Part shown: piece after piece, positions 8,598 to 18,458 of the stretch | How the letters are laid out: every line of letters begins with the position of its first letter | Numbering within the stretch: position 1 is the stretch's first letter | From: Pseudomonas aeruginosa | GTDB lineage: Bacteria; Pseudomonadota; Gammaproteobacteria; Pseudomonadales; Pseudomonadaceae | NCBI RefSeq assembly: GCF_001457615.1 | Contig: NZ_LN831024.1 | Span: 3,930,001-3,962,000, forward strand | Direction of reading: 5' to 3' | DNA length: 32,000 nucleotides | Translations under genes and position numbers: made by a program | The notes under the pieces: model-generated | Seen by the model: the letters and a program-made list of their open reading frames with translations, nothing else | Databases searched by the model: none | Told to the model about the DNA's origin: nothing

Positions 8598-9911
8598 TCA
8601 GGCGTAGTAGTCGACCAGACCGCGCGCCGCCGACGCACCCGGCCGGCTGCGGATCTCGCTGACTCCGGCGAGGGTTTCCTCATCGCCCGAGGCCTCGCCG
8701 GCCAAGCCGCGTCCGCGCGCCGATCCGCCCTCGCCCTGCTGCTGGCCCTGCCAGCCCCGCGCCAGCGACTGGTCGGAGACGTTCACGTCGAGCTGGTTCA
8801 TGCCCTGCTGGCTGAACATGTCGCGCAGCCGGTGCATCTGGCTTTCCAGGGCGTCGCGAACGCCGGCGTTGGGACTGGCGAAGGTCACCTGGGTCTGGTC
8901 GGCGGTCATGTGGATGCGCACGTCCAGGCGTCCCAGCTCGGCGGGGTCGAGCTGGATCTCCGCCGACTTCAGGTTCTGGCTGGACATCCACATCACCCGG
9001 TCCACCACCGCCTCGCTCCAGCCGTTCTGCTGCATCGCCACCGGCTGGCCGGGCACCGTGCCGTTCACCGGACGGTTGGTCAGGGCCTGTTGCGCCATGG
9101 CCTGGGTCAGCCCGTTGAGCTTGGCCGCGAAAGGTTCACCGCGGGGTTCCGCCTTGCTCTCCAGCAGGCTCTCGGAGGCGGCGCTGGCGACGGCCGGCTC
9201 GGCGGTCTGCTGCAACTGGGCCTCGAGCGCCTTGCCGTCGACGGCCTTGGTCAAGGAATCCGAGGTCAGGCCGGCAAGGGCATCGCCGAGGTTCGCCTGG
9301 CGCGGATCGGCGCTCTTCGCCGGCCCGCCTTTCGCCGTCTGCGCGGCGTCCTGGGCGCCCTGCTCCAGGGCCATGTTCACCGCCGGCACGCCGTTGAGCT
9401 TGACCAGGGTCGGGTCGCTGCTGGCTTCGGTAAGGCTGGCCGGAGCACTGCTGGCCGTCGGCACGGCCGGTGGCAGCAAAGTCGCCTGGGTATTCTCGTC
9501 GAGCAACGGTACGGCACCGCCGAGGCCGAGCAATTGCAGCGGATCGACCGGCGTTTCGACTTTATCTTCGCCGTCGGCCTTGGCCTGGCCGTCGGCCGGC
9601 AAAGGCTTGCCGTCTTCGGCAACGGCCGGCTGCCTGGCGGCATCCGTCGGCTGCGCTTCGACGGCGTCCTTGCCGGCGTCCCGTGGCTTGTCCCGCGAAC
9701 CCTTCGCGGGACCGTCAGCGCGCTCGGCGGGCTTCTTCGCGGTCTCCTTGGCATACATGTCGGAGAAGCTGGAAGTCTTGTCGTTACTGGGCTCAGGCGT
9801 TTTCTGCTGGCTCTTCGGCGCAGCGGCCTTGGGCTTTACATCAGGCGTCGGCGGCAACAACACACCAGGGGCGACGGCCATGGGAATTCTCCATTTGCGA
9901 AGGGATTGCAT
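8598..9911 (-). CDS. fliK: FliK-like flagellar hook-length control protein (start likely 9881, MAVAPGVLL)
   Basis: Long Pro/Ala/Lys-rich N-terminal region plus C-terminal Flg_hook domain (LKSAEIQLDPAELGRLDVRIHMTADQTQVTFASPNAGVRDALESQMHRLRDMFSQQGM); adjacent to fliL. Confidence 0.87.
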   Translation of the reverse strand: MQSLRKWRIPMAVAPGVLLPPTPDVKPKAAAPKSQQKTPEPSNDKTSSFSDMYAKETAKKPAERADGPAKGSRDKPRDAGKDAVEAQPTDAARQPAVAEDGKPLPADGQAKADGEDKVETPVDPLQLLGLGGAVPLLDENTQATLLPPAVPTASSAPASLTEASSDPTLVKLNGVPAVNMALEQGAQDAAQTAKGGPAKSADPRQANLGDALAGLTSDSLTKAVDGKALEAQLQQTAEPAVASAASESLLESKAEPRGEPFAAKLNGLTQAMAQQALTNRPVNGTVPGQPVAMQQNGWSEAVVDRVMWMSSQNLKSAEIQLDPAELGRLDVRIHMTADQTQVTFASPNAGVRDALESQMHRLRDMFSQQGMNQLDVNVSDQSLARGWQGQQQGEGGSARGRGLAGEASGDEETLAGVSEIRSRPGASAARGLVDYYA

Positions 9912-10068
9912 CGTGGCTTGCGCAAGGGATGGAGCAAGGTCCGGGCCAACTTCGCCGAGAGCGTCCGTGAAACGCTCGCCAGGGCGCCGCAGCAGGCACG
10001 CTCGCTTTGCCCGCAGGTCCCGTCTGGACTACAATCCAGAGCCGCATCCCTCCCGAGGTAGTACCCTG

Positions 10069-10656
10069 ATGTCCTTCGCCGAAAAACTGTCCCGTCTGCA
10101 AGCCTTCCTCGATGCCGATGACCTGCACGAAGAAGCGCTGGACTACGTGGCGACCCACGGCTACCTGACCGCCCTCTCCATCTGCCCGGAGCAGGTGCCG
10201 GAGCGGGAGTGGATCGACGCCCTGTTCGCCGAACCGCCGCACTACCGCAGCGATGAGGAGCGCCAGGAGATCGAGACTTCCCTCGAGCAGCTCAAGGCGC
10301 ACATCACCCGCGTGCTGGCCAGCGACGAAGACCTCGAGCTGCCCTGCGACCTCGACCTCGGCGACGAGCCGGACGACTCCGACCTGCGCGGCTGGTGCAT
10401 CGGCTTCATGGAAGGCGTGTTCCTTCGCGAGGAAGTCTGGTTCGAGCAGGCCGAGGAGGAAGTCAGCGAGCTGCTGCTGCCGATCATGGTCGGCTCCGGC
10501 CTGTTCGACGAGCAGCCCGAGTTCGACGAGATCGCCCGCGACCGCCACCTGGTGGACGACATGGTCGCGCAGATTCCCGACCTGCTGACCAACCTGTTCC
10601 TGCTCTGCCAGGCGCCGGAAGAAAAGCCCGCCCTGCTCAAGCCGCGCACGCACTAA
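10069..10656 (+). CDS. UPF0149/YecA-like protein
   Basis: Protein MSFAEKLSRLQAFLDADDLHEEALDYVATHGYLTALSICPEQVPEREWIDALFAEPPHY...DLRGWCIGFMEGVFLREEVWF; embedded in the longer listed ORF 8800-10656. Confidence 0.8.
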   Translation: MSFAEKLSRLQAFLDADDLHEEALDYVATHGYLTALSICPEQVPEREWIDALFAEPPHYRSDEERQEIETSLEQLKAHITRVLASDEDLELPCDLDLGDEPDDSDLRGWCIGFMEGVFLREEVWFEQAEEEVSELLLPIMVGSGLFDEQPEFDEIARDRHLVDDMVAQIPDLLTNLFLLCQAPEEKPALLKPRTH

Positions 10657-10667
10657 GGAGCGCCGCG

Positions 10668-11075
10668 GTGGCGCAGCGGGAAATTCGCCCGAGCGCTCGT
10701 GCCTGGGTGCGCTATAGCCTCCAGGCCGTGGGTTTCCTAAGCGTAGCCCTGGGCGTGATCGGCATCTTCCTGCCGGTGCTGCCGACCACGCCTTTCCTGC
10801 TCCTCGCGGCGGCCTGCTTCATGCGCAGCTCGCCGCGCTTCTACCACTGGCTGGTCGGCCATCCACGGCTCGGCCCGTGGATCCGCGACTATCTCGACGG
10901 CGAAGGCATCCCGCTCAAGGGCAAGGTCTACGCCATCGGCCTGATGTGGGCCAGCATCGCCCTTTCCTGCTACCTGGTCCGACGCCCCTGGGCCCAGGGC
11001 TTCATGCTGACCAGCGCGGTACTGGTCAGCATCTATATCCTCCGCCAGAAGACCCGCCCGCCGCACGACGCCTGA
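10668..11075 (+). CDS. YbaN/DUF454 family inner membrane protein (GTG start proposed)
   Basis: Protein VAQREIRPSARAWVRYSLQAVGFLSVALGVIGIFLPVLPTTPFLLLAAACFMRSSPRFYHWLVGHPRLGPWI, the typical GIFLPVLPTTPFLLLAAACF motif. Confidence 0.85.
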   Translation: MAQREIRPSARAWVRYSLQAVGFLSVALGVIGIFLPVLPTTPFLLLAAACFMRSSPRFYHWLVGHPRLGPWIRDYLDGEGIPLKGKVYAIGLMWASIALSCYLVRRPWAQGFMLTSAVLVSIYILRQKTRPPHDA

Positions 11076-11083
11076 TGGCCCGC

Positions 11084-12499
11084 TCAGGACAGCGCCGGAT
11101 CGCCCTCGCCCAGCGGCAAGCGGTCGCCGGGCCCGCGCCGCTCGGGGCTCAGCACGGTGAAGCCGAAGGTGTTCCAGCCGTCCGCGCTGTCGACGAACAC
11201 CGAACCGCCGTGCATGCTCGCCACCGCCTTGACGATGGACAGGCCGAGGCCGTGGTTGGCCTCGCTGTTGCTGCGCGCCGCGTCGACCCGATAGAAGCGT
11301 TCGAACAGGTGCCTGCGGTGCTCGTCGGCGATCGGCACGCCGGGGTTGCTCACCGCCACCCGCACTTCGTCGCCGCGCCGCTCGACGCCGACCCGCAGCG
11401 TGCCGCCGGCGGCGGTGTGCTGGGCGGCGTTGTACAGCAGGTTGGTCACCGCCCGCTGGAACAGGGCGCGCTCGACCAGCGCGCGGGCCTCGCCGCGCAC
11501 CTCGATACCGACCCCGGCCTCGTCGAAGATCACCTCGAGGAAATCCACCGTGGTGGCGATCTCGCCGGCCAGCGAGGTTTCCTCGCGCTCGCAGGCCAGG
11601 CGTCCCTGGTCGGCGCGGGCGAGGAACAGCATGTCGTTGACGATCGCCCGCAGCCGCTCCAGCTCCTCCAGGTTGGATTGCAGGACCTCTTCGTAATGTT
11701 CGCCGCTGCGTTCGCGGGACAACGCCACCTGGGTCTGGCCGATCAGGTTGGTCAATGGCGTGCGCAGCTCGTGGGCGACGTCGGCATTGAACGACTCCAG
11801 GCGCACGTAGGCCTGCTCCAGGCGGTCCAGGGCGCCGTTGAACGCTCCCACCAGCTCGCGCAGCTCGGCCGGCAGCGGCGAGAGCTGCAAGCGCTGCGAC
11901 AACTGCCGCGGGCTGATCCGCCGGGCCTCCTCGGACAGCCGATGCACCGGCCACAGGCCCAGGCGGGCGATCCAGTGGCCAAGCAACGAGGCCAGCAGCA
12001 CACCGAGGGCGGACAGGCCGAGCAGCCATTTCAGGGTGGAGGTCCGCGCCTCATGGAACGCCGCGCTATCGATGGCGGTGACGTAGGTCAGCCGCGGCCG
12101 CCCCTCGCGCGCCGGCAACACGCCGACCCGCGCAGTCAGCGCGTACCGGTGCTCCGGCAACTCCAATTCGTAGCGGCCGGCGCCATCGGCGATCAGCCGC
12201 TGCACCGGTTCGCTGAAGCGCCCGTAGTGATAGCGCGGGTCGTCGCTGTCGATCCAGAAACGGATCAGCTCGTACTCCTGGCTCAGGTTGTCCAGCTTGC
12301 CCTGCAGGTGCGGCCAGCGCTCGGCCAGGTCGGGATGGTCGAGCATCCGCGAGACCATGTTGAAGCGCACGTCCACCTCGCCCTGCTGCAGGCGCTCGGT
12401 CTGGCGGTCGAGGATGCAATAGAGCATGGTGCCGATGAGGGCGAAGATCACCACCGCGGCGCCGGCGAACATTCCCGCCAGGCGGGTCGACAAGGACAT
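11084..12499 (-). CDS. Heavy-metal-type (CusS/CopS-like) sensor histidine kinase
   Basis: MSLSTRLAGMFAGAAVVIFALIGTMLYCILD...; HAMP, DVAHELRTPLTNLIGQTQVAL H-box, NLLYNAAQHT and ANHGLGLSIVKAVASMHGG. The ORF extends to 12634 by overlapping the regulator gene. Confidence 0.92.
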   Translation of the reverse strand: MSLSTRLAGMFAGAAVVIFALIGTMLYCILDRQTERLQQGEVDVRFNMVSRMLDHPDLAERWPHLQGKLDNLSQEYELIRFWIDSDDPRYHYGRFSEPVQRLIADGAGRYELELPEHRYALTARVGVLPAREGRPRLTYVTAIDSAAFHEARTSTLKWLLGLSALGVLLASLLGHWIARLGLWPVHRLSEEARRISPRQLSQRLQLSPLPAELRELVGAFNGALDRLEQAYVRLESFNADVAHELRTPLTNLIGQTQVALSRERSGEHYEEVLQSNLEELERLRAIVNDMLFLARADQGRLACEREETSLAGEIATTVDFLEVIFDEAGVGIEVRGEARALVERALFQRAVTNLLYNAAQHTAAGGTLRVGVERRGDEVRVAVSNPGVPIADEHRRHLFERFYRVDAARSNSEANHGLGLSIVKAVASMHGGSVFVDSADGWNTFGFTVLSPERRGPGDRLPLGEGDPALS

Positions 12500-12506
12500 G
12501 CCCACC

Positions 12507-13196
12507 TCAGCCCGACTCCGCCAGCGCACGGTTCTCCAGGACGTAGCCCATGCCCCGGATGGTATGCAGCAGCTTGTTCTCGAACGGACCGTCGAGCTTG
12601 GCGCGCAGGCGCTTGATCGCCACCTCCACGACATTGGTGTCGGTATCGAAGTTGATGTCCCAGACCAGTTCGGCGATCGCCGTCTTCGACAGGATCTCGC
12701 CGCTGCGCTGGGCCAGCACGCAGAGCAGCGCGTACTCCTTGGCAGTCAGCTCCAGACGGGTGTTGCCACGGAAGACCTTGCGGCTGAGCAGGTCGATGGA
12801 CAGGTCGGCGATGCGCATCTGCGAATGGCTTTCATGGTTGCCGCCGCGCCGGGTCAGGGCCTGCAGGCGGGCGACCAGTTCGAGGAAGGAGAACGGCTTG
12901 ATCAGGTAGTCGTCGGCGCCCTCGCGCAGCCCGCGCACCCGGTCTTCCACGCGCTCGCGCGCGGTGAGCATGATCACCGGGGTCTGCCGCCGCTCGCGCA
13001 ACGCCCGCAGAACGCCGTAGCCGTCGACGCCCGGCAGCATCACGTCGAGCACGATCACGTCGTACTCGCCATGGAGCGCCAGGTGGCGACCGTCGATGCC
13101 GTTGTCCGCCAGGTCCACGGTGAACCCCTGTTCGCTGAGGCCACGGTTCAGGTAGTCCGCCGTCTTCGCCTCGTCCTCGACAATCAGTACCCGCAT
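12507..13196 (-). CDS. CusR/CopR-like OmpR-family response regulator
   Basis: 229 aa, [36 protein letters not shown]...[13 protein letters not shown]..., winged-helix [14 protein letters not shown]...[12 protein letters not shown]. Confidence 0.95.
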   Translation of the reverse strand: MRVLIVEDEAKTADYLNRGLSEQGFTVDLADNGIDGRHLALHGEYDVIVLDVMLPGVDGYGVLRALRERRQTPVIMLTARERVEDRVRGLREGADDYLIKPFSFLELVARLQALTRRGGNHESHSQMRIADLSIDLLSRKVFRGNTRLELTAKEYALLCVLAQRSGEILSKTAIAELVWDINFDTDTNVVEVAIKRLRAKLDGPFENKLLHTIRGMGYVLENRALAESG

Positions 13197-13299
13197 CTAT
13201 CGCCCGATCCTCTGTTCGCCTTCGCATCCCGGGCGGGACGCATGCCTGCCTGCATCCTAGCCACGCGCCGCCGTCCAGGAAAGCCGCGTCCGTTACGCC

Positions 13300-16200
13300 T
13301 CATGTCGCCGTCGCCCCAGCGGTTCCGCCGTCCGAGGTCGTCGTCCCGCGCCGGTGGAACAGCCGCTCCAGGGCCAGGTATACCACCGGCGTGCTGAACA
13401 GGGTCAGCACCTGGCTCACCAGCAGCCCGCCGACCACCGCGATGCCCAGAGGCTGGCGCAGCTCGGAACCGGTGCCGAAGCCGATCATCAGGGGTATCGC
13501 GCCCAGCAGCGCGGCCAGGGTGGTCATCATGATCGGCCGGAAACGGGTCAGGCAGGCCTGGTAGATCGCCTGCTCCGCGCTCATGCCCTGCTCGCGCTGG
13601 GCGACGATGGCGAAGTCGACCATGAGGATGCCGTTCTTCTTGACGATGCCGATCAGCAGCACGATGCCGATCAGCGCCATGATCGAGAAGTCCTGGCCCC
13701 AGGCCCAGAGCAGGAACACCGCGCCGATCCCCGCCGAGGGCAGGGTCGAGAGGATCGTCAGCGGATGTACGAAACTCTCGTAGAGCACGCCGAGGATGAT
13801 GTACACCGCGATCAGCGCGGCGAGGATCAGCAGCGGTTGCGAGGCCAGCGAGCTCTGGAAGGCCTGCGCCGCGCCCTGGAACACGCCGATAATGGTCGAG
13901 GGCATGCCGATCTCCTCCTGGGCGCGCTGCACCGCCTGCACCGCCTCGCCGAGGGACACCCCGGCAGCCAGGTTGAAGGACAGGTTGACCGCCGGGAACA
14001 TGCCGTTGTGGTTGATCTGCAGCGGCCCGGAGCGCGGCGCCGCGACCTTGGCGATGGCCGACAGCGGGACCATCTCGCCGCTCAGCGGCGAGCGCAGGTA
14101 GAACCAGTCCAGGCTTTCCGCGCGGCCGCGCTGGCGCGCATCGAGTTCGAGGACCACCTTGTACTGGTTGACCTCGGTCTGGTACTCGCCGACCTGGCGC
14201 TGGCCGAAGGCGTCGTAGAGGGTCTGGCTGACATCCTCGGCGCTGAGGCCGAAACGCGCCGCGGCCACCCGGTCGATGTCCAGCGCGGTGACGCTGGCGC
14301 CGACCTGCAGGTCGTTGGACACATCCATCAGCCCCGGCACCTGCTTCAGGCGCTCGGTGAGGCGTTGCGCCCAGAGCGCCAGCTGGGTGCTGTCGCTGCT
14401 GCGCAGGGCGTACTGGTACTGGGTCCGCGAGGGTCCGGAACTGAGGTTGATGTCCTGCGCCGCGCGCAGGTAGAGCATGATTCCCGGCACCTTCGCCAGT
14501 TGCGGGCGCAGCCGGTCGATGAACTCGCCGACCGAGACATCGCGCTCGCCACGGTCCTTGAGGACGATCCAGAAACGTCCGTTGGCCAGGCTCTGGCTAC
14601 CGCCGGTGACGCCCACCGCATGGTTGTAGCTCTGCACCGCCGGGTCGCTGGCGATGATCTCGGCCAGTTGCCGGTGCTTGGCGACCATGTCGTCGTAGGA
14701 GATATCCTCGGCAGCCTGGCTCGTGCCGAAGACGAAGGCGGTGTCCTGCAAGGGGAAGAAACCCTTGGGAATCCCGACGTAGCCGGCCACCGCCACCAGC
14801 ACGGTAAAGGCGAAGCCGACCAGCATCAGCCGCTGGTGCCCGAGCGCCCAGCGCAGGCCGCGCTCGTATCCGCCGGTCAGCCATTCGGCGAAGCCCTTTC
14901 TCGGCGCGTCGGCATGCCGCAATGCCGGCATGAAGCGCGAAGCCAGCATCGGCGCCAGGGTCAGCGAAGCGAGCACCGAGATCAGGATCGCCACCGTCAC
15001 GCTGACCGCGAATTCGCGGAACAGCCGGCCGACGATCCCGCCCATGAACAGCAGGGGAATGAACGCGGCGATCAGCGAGAAGCTGATGGAAATCACGGTA
15101 AAGCCGATCTCCGCCGCGCCCTTGAGCGCCGCCTCGACCTTCGAGGCGCCCGCTTCCAGGTGTCGGTGGATGTTCTCCACGACCACGATGGCGTCGTCGA
15201 CGATGAAGCCGACGGCGATGATCAGCGCCACCAGGGTCAGGTTGTTGAGGGTGAAGCCGAGCACGTACATCGCCGCGAAGCTGGCGCTCAGGGACACCGC
15301 CAGCACCGTGGCGACGATCAGGGTCGCCGACAGCTGGCGGAGGAACAGGCCCATCACCAGCACCACCAGGCCAATGGTCAGCAGCAGGGTCAGTTCGACC
15401 TCGTGCAGCGACGAGCGGATGGTCCGGGTGCGATCGTTGAGCACGTCTACCTCGATGGTCGCCGGGAGCATCTCGCGCAGGCGCGGCAATGCGGCCTGGA
15501 TCGCGTCGGCGGTATCGACGATGTTCGCCCCAGGCTGGCGGAGGATCACCAGTGCCACCCCGGGCACACCGTTCGGCCAGGCCTGCACGTAGTCGTCCTC
15601 GGGCGCCGAGACGATCCGCGCCACGTCCTTGAGGAACACCGGCGCGCCCTGGCGGTAGGCGACCACCAGGTCGTCATAGTCGCTGGCGTTGAACAACTGG
15701 TCGTTGGCCGCGAGGGTCGACACCCGCCCCTCGCCGTAGAGCGCGCCCTTGGCCAGGTTGACGCTGGCCGACTGCAACGACTGGCGCAGGTCGGCCAGGG
15801 TCAGCTGGTAGGCGGCGAGCTTTTCCGGCTGGGCCTGGATGCGGATCGCCGGGCGCTGCTGGCCGACCACGAAGATCTGCCCCACGCCGTTCACCTGGCT
15901 GAGCTGGCGGGCGAGGATGGTCTCGGCGTAATCGCTGAGTTCGATCAGCGGCATCATCTCCGAGTTGACCCGCAGGATCATGATCGGGCTGTCCGCCGGG
16001 TTGACCTTGCGCCAGGTCGGCAGGTTCGGCATGTCCACCGGCAGCCGCCCGGCCGCGGCGTTGATCGCCGCCTGGACCTCCTGGGCGGCGACGTCGATGC
16101 TCTTGTCGAGGCTGAACTGCAGGGTCAGGGTGCTGGTGCCCAGGGCGCTGCTGGAGGTCATCTCGGTGATCCCCGGAATCGCGCTGAACTGCACTTCCAA

Positions 16201-16410
16201 GGGGGTGGCCACCGACGAGGCCATGGTTTCCGGGCTACCGCCGGGCAGCAAGGCGTTGATCTGGATGGTCGGGAAGTCCGCCTCCGGCAACGGCGCCACG
16301 CCGAGCCGGAGGAACGCCAGCAGCCCCAGCAGCAGCGAGGCCAGGGTCAGCAGCGCGGTGGCGATCGGGTGCCGTACGCACCAGCCGGAAATCCCGGCGC
16401 GCGGCGTCAC
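13300..16410 (-). CDS. mexN: RND multidrug efflux transporter MexN
   Basis: 1036 aa RND transporter (MTPRAGISGWCVRHPIATALLTLASLLLGLLAFLRLGVAPLPEADFPTI..., GFIVDDAIVVVENIHRHLE); operon with an MFP; no OMP gene adjacent, matching MexMN. Confidence 0.9.
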   Translation of the reverse strand: MTPRAGISGWCVRHPIATALLTLASLLLGLLAFLRLGVAPLPEADFPTIQINALLPGGSPETMASSVATPLEVQFSAIPGITEMTSSSALGTSTLTLQFSLDKSIDVAAQEVQAAINAAAGRLPVDMPNLPTWRKVNPADSPIMILRVNSEMMPLIELSDYAETILARQLSQVNGVGQIFVVGQQRPAIRIQAQPEKLAAYQLTLADLRQSLQSASVNLAKGALYGEGRVSTLAANDQLFNASDYDDLVVAYRQGAPVFLKDVARIVSAPEDDYVQAWPNGVPGVALVILRQPGANIVDTADAIQAALPRLREMLPATIEVDVLNDRTRTIRSSLHEVELTLLLTIGLVVLVMGLFLRQLSATLIVATVLAVSLSASFAAMYVLGFTLNNLTLVALIIAVGFIVDDAIVVVENIHRHLEAGASKVEAALKGAAEIGFTVISISFSLIAAFIPLLFMGGIVGRLFREFAVSVTVAILISVLASLTLAPMLASRFMPALRHADAPRKGFAEWLTGGYERGLRWALGHQRLMLVGFAFTVLVAVAGYVGIPKGFFPLQDTAFVFGTSQAAEDISYDDMVAKHRQLAEIIASDPAVQSYNHAVGVTGGSQSLANGRFWIVLKDRGERDVSVGEFIDRLRPQLAKVPGIMLYLRAAQDINLSSGPSRTQYQYALRSSDSTQLALWAQRLTERLKQVPGLMDVSNDLQVGASVTALDIDRVAAARFGLSAEDVSQTLYDAFGQRQVGEYQTEVNQYKVVLELDARQRGRAESLDWFYLRSPLSGEMVPLSAIAKVAAPRSGPLQINHNGMFPAVNLSFNLAAGVSLGEAVQAVQRAQEEIGMPSTIIGVFQGAAQAFQSSLASQPLLILAALIAVYIILGVLYESFVHPLTILSTLPSAGIGAVFLLWAWGQDFSIMALIGIVLLIGIVKKNGILMVDFAIVAQREQGMSAEQAIYQACLTRFRPIMMTTLAALLGAIPLMIGFGTGSELRQPLGIAVVGGLLVSQVLTLFSTPVVYLALERLFHRRGTTTSDGGTAGATAT

Positions 16411-17564
16411 GGCTGCCGCTCCGTGGCCTGAGCCAGGCTCGGGCGCGGCTCCTGGATATCGACCAGGGCGCCGGGCATCAGCCGCGAGTGGCCGTCCACC
16501 ACCACCTGGTCACCGCTGGCCAGGCCCTCCACCACACTGAGGCCGTCGATGTCCTGGAGCACCCGCACCGGCACCGCCTCGACCCGGTCGGCGGCGACCC
16601 GGTAGACGAAATTGCCCTCCAGGCCGCGGCGCACCGCCTTGCTCGACAGCACCAACTGGTCGCGCCGGACCCCGGTGTGCAGGCTCACCGCGACGAACTG
16701 CCCGGGCCAGAGCCGGGCCTGGCGGTTATCGAAGGAGGCGCGCACGCGGATGGTGCCGGTGGAACTGTCGATCTGGTTGTCGATGGTCAGCAACCGGCCC
16801 TCGCCCAGCGCGCTCCCGCCGTCGCGGCTGTAGGCGCGCACCGCCGCCTCGCCGCCGAGCAGCGCCTGCAACTGGGGCAACTGTTCCTGTTGCAGGGAGA
16901 AGACTACGGAGATCGGTGCGATCTGGGTCACGCTGAACAGGCCGAGACTGTCGCCGACCCGCACCAGGTTGCCGACATCGACGTTGCGGATACCGACCTT
17001 GCCGGATACCGGCGAGGTGATCCGGGTGTAGGACAGGCGCACCCGCTCGGCGTTGATGGTGGCATCGTTGGCCTTCAGGGTCGCGCGCAACTGGTCGACC
17101 GTCGCCTGCTGCTGGTCCAGCAGTTGGCGTGACACCGCACGCTCGGCATACAGGCTGCGGTAGCGTTGCAGGTCCTGCTCGGCGGATTTCAGCTGGGCCT
17201 GGTTGCTCGCCCTGGAGGCCTGCGCCTGCTCCAGCGCGGCGACGACGGCGCGGTCATCGATGGTCGCCAGCAACTCGCCCGCCTCGACCATCTGCCCTTC
17301 GCTCACCAGCAGGCGGGTCAACTGGCCGTCGATCTGGGTGCGGATCACCACGTTGTGCAACGAAGTCACCGTACCGATGCCGCTGACCTGTTGCTCGACG
17401 TCGCGCCGCTCCACCCGCGCCACGTTCACCGGGACCCTGGCCGGCGCGGGCGCCGCCTTCGCCCCGGCGTCGCCGCCGAGCCATGCCCAACCGCTGAAGG
17501 CGACCAGGCCCGCCGCCAGCACGCCCACCAGGACCCGTCCCCCACCACTGCGCAACGCCTGCAT
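16407..17564 (-). CDS. mexM: RND efflux periplasmic adaptor MexM
   Basis: Start MQALRSGGGRVLVGVLAAGLVAFSG at 17564; MFP core VTSLHNVVIRTQIDGQLTRLLVSEGQMVEAGELLATID...YTRITSPVSGKVGIRNVDVGNLV; 4-bp ATGA overlap with mexN. Confidence 0.88.
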   Translation of the reverse strand: MQALRSGGGRVLVGVLAAGLVAFSGWAWLGGDAGAKAAPAPARVPVNVARVERRDVEQQVSGIGTVTSLHNVVIRTQIDGQLTRLLVSEGQMVEAGELLATIDDRAVVAALEQAQASRASNQAQLKSAEQDLQRYRSLYAERAVSRQLLDQQQATVDQLRATLKANDATINAERVRLSYTRITSPVSGKVGIRNVDVGNLVRVGDSLGLFSVTQIAPISVVFSLQQEQLPQLQALLGGEAAVRAYSRDGGSALGEGRLLTIDNQIDSSTGTIRVRASFDNRQARLWPGQFVAVSLHTGVRRDQLVLSSKAVRRGLEGNFVYRVAADRVEAVPVRVLQDIDGLSVVEGLASGDQVVVDGHSRLMPGALVDIQEPRPSLAQATERQP

Positions 17565-17653
17565 CTGTCCACCTTTCCCAGTGGCCGGCCTCGCGCGGCC
17601 GACTTCGTTCTTCTTTATAAGCAGCGCAGCGGGACCCCACCCTGACCCCTGAA

Positions 17654-17667
17654 TGACAATCCTGTCA
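17654..17667. promoter_or_regulatory. Candidate CusR/CopR-type operator (TGACA-N4-TGTCA)
   Basis: TGACAATCCTGTCA; TATAAA (- strand, 17614-17619) lies between it and mexM. Confidence 0.5.
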
Positions 17668-17744
17668 GTTTCGCCGGACACCCCGCGCTGGCAGGCCGCC
17701 CGGCGCTCTCGTAGACTTCGCTGAGTCCTTCCGGAGCCCGCTCG

Positions 17745-18458
17745 ATGTCCCCAACCCCCGGCGCCCGCCGGCCCTGCCCCAGGGCCTACGCCCCCTGGCT
17801 GCTGTCGCTGGCGGCGACATTGCTGCTGGCAGTCGGCGCGGCGCTGGCGCAGTGGGACCTGGAGTCGATACTGAGCCGTGCCGAGCAGCGCTACGGCGAG
17901 CTGGGCGCGGCGAAATCACGCCTGGGCGACTGGGGCCGCCTGCTCGAACAGGGCGGCACGCTCGACGAAGCGGCCAAGCTGCGCGCGGTCAACGACTTCT
18001 TCAACCGGTCGCTGCGTTTCACCGACGACATCGAGATCTGGCAACAGGAAGACTATTGGGCGACTCCGGTCGAGGCGCTGGTCAAGGGCGCCGCCGACTG
18101 CGAGGACTACGCCATCGCCAAGTACGTGACCCTGCGTCGCCTCGGCGTCGCCAGCGACAAGCTGCGCATCACCTACGTCAAGGCCCTGCGCCTGAACCAG
18201 GCGCACATGGTGCTGACCTGGTACGCCAGCCCGGGCGCCGACCCACTGGTGCTGGACAACCTGATCGGCGAGATCCGCCCCGCTTCGCAACGTGACGACC
18301 TGTTGCCGGTGTACGCCTTCAATGCCGAGGGCCTCTGGCTGCCCGGCGCCGATGGCGGACGCCGGACCGGCGACAGCAAGAAGCTGTCGCGCTGGCAGGA
18401 CCTGCTGACCAAGATGCGCGCCGAAGGCCTCGACCTCGACGCACCCAAGGAGGATTGA
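17745..18458 (+). CDS. lapG: LapG-family periplasmic cysteine protease
   Basis: 237 aa, secreted/anchored N-terminus, KLRAVNDFFNRSLRFTDDIEIWQQEDYWATPVEALVKGAADCEDYAIAKYVTLRRLGV...NQAHMVLTWY (Cys/His/Asp catalytic pattern). Confidence 0.92.
   Translation: MSPTPGARRPCPRAYAPWLLSLAATLLLAVGAALAQWDLESILSRAEQRYGELGAAKSRLGDWGRLLEQGGTLDEAAKLRAVNDFFNRSLRFTDDIEIWQQEDYWATPVEALVKGAADCEDYAIAKYVTLRRLGVASDKLRITYVKALRLNQAHMVLTWYASPGADPLVLDNLIGEIRPASQRDDLLPVYAFNAEGLWLPGADGGRRTGDSKKLSRWQDLLTKMRAEGLDLDAPKED

Noticed and set aside
8382-10061. 559-aa + strand ORF antisense to fliK
   Set aside because: Antisense artefact; fliK has a proper Flg_hook domain and a downstream terminator.
13354-16431. 1025-aa + strand ORF antisense to mexN
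   Set aside because: Arg/His/Gln/Asp-rich composition typical of antisense reading of GC-rich genes; mexN on the other strand has full family features.
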